Assembly: GCF_000007145.1 (NCBI RefSeq)
Contig: NC_003902.1
Span: 4,466,497 to 4,498,496 of the forward strand
Direction of reading: 5' to 3'
Source of the DNA: Xanthomonas campestris pv. campestris str. ATCC 33913
GTDB lineage: Bacteria; Pseudomonadota; Gammaproteobacteria; Xanthomonadales; Xanthomonadaceae
DNA length: 32,000 bases
Part shown: positions 28,180-32,000 of the stretch, in pieces
Numbering within the stretch: the first letter of the stretch is position 1
How the letters are laid out: every line of letters begins with the position of its first letter
Made by a program: the position numbers and the translations under genes
The notes under the pieces: model-generated
Told to the model about the DNA's origin: nothing
What the model saw: the letters and a program-made list of their open reading frames with translations, nothing else
The model's database searches: none

Positions 28180-29109
28180 TCAGCGCTTGCGGCGGCGTGT
28201 CGTGGAAACGGCGGATGCTGCCTGCTGCGCGTGCGCCGCATGCTCGCGCGCCTGCTCCTGCAGCCACGCGCGGAAGGCGAGAAAACCGCGATGCGAGGCC
28301 GAACGCGTTGGATACACCAGGTAATGCGACCAGCTGGTTTTGAGCCGTTGCGCAGACAACGCCACCAGCTGGCCGGACGCCAGCAACAACCGCGCGCGCG
28401 TTACCCGCCCCAGTGCAACACCCACACCGTCCAGCGCGGCACGATGGTGCGCTTCGGATTCGTCCAGCACCGCCGCATAGCGGCGCGGCGCTTCGCCACC
28501 GAAGGTTGCAAACCAACGCAGCCAGTCGCCATCCGGGTCGCCCAGCAGCGGCCAATGATGCAGTGGCTGCGCATCGACCCCGCCCATGCGCGCGATCAGC
28601 GCGGGGCTCGCCATGGGCACCAGCCACTCGTCGAACAAGGGCTCGGCGATCAAGCCCGGCCAGTGCCCGGCACCGATGCGCATGCCGGCATCCACCTGCT
28701 GCTGGCGTTCGAAGTCCACCAGTCGCTCGCTCGAGAACAGGTTGATCTCGATGGTGGGATGCAGCGCCAGAAATCCACCCAGACGCGGCACCAGCCAGGC
28801 CGAGGCCATCGACGGCGTGATGCTCAGGGTCAACGTGTCTTCGCGGCGCGCAGCGAATGGCTGGAACGCTTCGGCGATGGCATCCAGATGCGGTGCAATG
28901 CGATCGAGCAACTGCTGCCCCTGCAGCGTGGCACTGACGCCGCGTGCGTGCCGTTGCAGCAATGGATACCCCAAGCGTTGTTCGAGCGAACGCACCTGGT
29001 GACTGAGCGCGCTGACGGTGAGGTGCATCGCCGCCGCCGCGCGCGACAGATTGCCCAGACGCACGGCACTGACGAATCCCTGCAATGCGTGAAGCGGCGG
29101 ACGCGACAT
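28180..29109 (-). CDS. LysR-family transcriptional regulator (GcvA-like)
   Basis: ORF track 309 aa. The N-terminal wHTH is [36 protein letters not shown] LysR substrate-binding domain follows. Confidence 0.9.
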
Positions 29110-29118
29110 GGCTCACCC

Positions 29119-29133
29119 TTGAATGAAATTCAA
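29119..29133. promoter_or_regulatory. Candidate LysR box (T-N11-A palindrome) in the divergent promoter region
   Basis: TTGAAT-gaa-ATTCAA is a perfect inverted repeat starting 10 nt upstream of the LysR start. A second perfect palindrome, gcaaaagc-ctc-gcttttgc, lies at 29143-29161. Confidence 0.4.
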
Positions 29134-29211
29134 CGCCGACTTGCAAAAGCCTCGCTTTTGCCTCGGCCAGCCTGCACCTACTGTGGCTTTCACTCAAGTG
29201 GGAGCAGGATC

Positions 29212-29436
29212 ATGCGCATCTTTACCGACTTGCTGTTCCAGCACGGGCACATTGCCGACCTGACGCTTGCACAGCAATTGGCAGAGCCGGACACGGCGCT
29301 GGATGCAGCTGCGCAGACAACGCAACCTGCTTTGGTCGCGCCGGACGCTGCGCGCCAGCAGCGTGCCGAACACCGCATGGCGCGACGTGCGCGCCGCTTG
29401 GTGCGGGCGATGACGGCGTTGTCGCCATTTCGCTGA
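29212..29436 (+). CDS. Small hypothetical protein divergent from the LysR gene
   Basis: This is the terminal part of ORF 28150..29436. ATG 29212 is preceded by GGGAG (29199-29203). The 74-aa product MRIFTDLLFQHGHIADL... has a basic C-terminus. No family recognised. Confidence 0.4.
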   Translation: MRIFTDLLFQHGHIADLTLAQQLAEPDTALDAAAQTTQPALVAPDAARQQRAEHRMARRARRLVRAMTALSPFR

Positions 29437-29442
29437 AACGAC

Positions 29443-29471
29443 AAGGCCCGCCTCTTGGCGAGGCGGGCCTT
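29443..29471. terminator. Hairpin between the small ORF and the convergent IDH gene
   Basis: aaggcccgcctc-ttggc-gaggcgggcctt forms a perfect 12-bp stem. On the minus strand it is followed by gtcgtttc. Confidence 0.6.
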
Positions 29472-29513
29472 GGAGGTAGCACTGACCAACGTACCGACAG
29501 GCGGTGCGCGGGA

Positions 29514-31949
<2,436 letters not shown>

Positions 31950-32000
31950 CTATCGATGCAGGTGTAACGAAATGCAAACGCTGCCGCGCAGACGCACACA

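Noticed and set aside
28172-29197. N-terminal extension of the 921-aa ORF 26432..29197
   Set aside because: AceK homology starts at ATG 28171. The extension overlaps the LysR gene in another frame.

Overview
Visibly high-GC, gene-dense chromosomal segment. Gene content and protein sequences look like Xanthomonas/Xanthomonadaceae core genome; this is inferred from the translations, with no database search. I support 28 protein-coding genes. Most are housekeeping: priA, sppA, ndh, rpoH, ung, ftsE, ftsX, rhlB, trxA, rho, aceK, and a monomeric isocitrate dehydrogenase. Others encode a PAS-GGDEF cyclase, an SDR, a MATE pump, a GstB-like GST, a LysR regulator and several hypothetical proteins. I saw no rRNA, tRNA, CRISPR array, transposase or integrase. 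Two E. coli-like syntenies are kept: rhlB<->trxA-rho, and ftsE-ftsX...rpoH. The second is interrupted here by a tandem-receiver response regulator and ung. Four gene pairs are joined by ATGA start/stop overlaps: 375-378, 12966-12969, 18370-18373 and 20168-20171. I found no clear self-contained new multi-gene system. Points worth a second look: (1) a ~200-codon Q/G/N-rich plus RD/RG-rich N-terminal extension on Rho; (2) a three-unit ~180-210 bp tandem repeat after priA, where each unit carries a GTAG-type REP doublet and one junction is a near-exact copy of the last ~46 bp of priA; (3) three DnaA-box-like 9-mers, including a perfect inverted pair of the consensus TTATCCACA, upstream of priA; (4) an output-less pseudo-receiver/receiver protein wedged between ftsX and ung; (5) aceK in a LysR operon next to a monomeric rather than dimeric IDH; (6) a membrane-anchored sigma-like protein coupled to a DUF3106-like protein; (7) an overlapping membrane protein / NYN-OST-HTH / GST operon; (8) a terminator-like hairpin inside the trxA leader. 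The many long ORFs antisense or out of frame to these genes are treated as high-GC artefacts.
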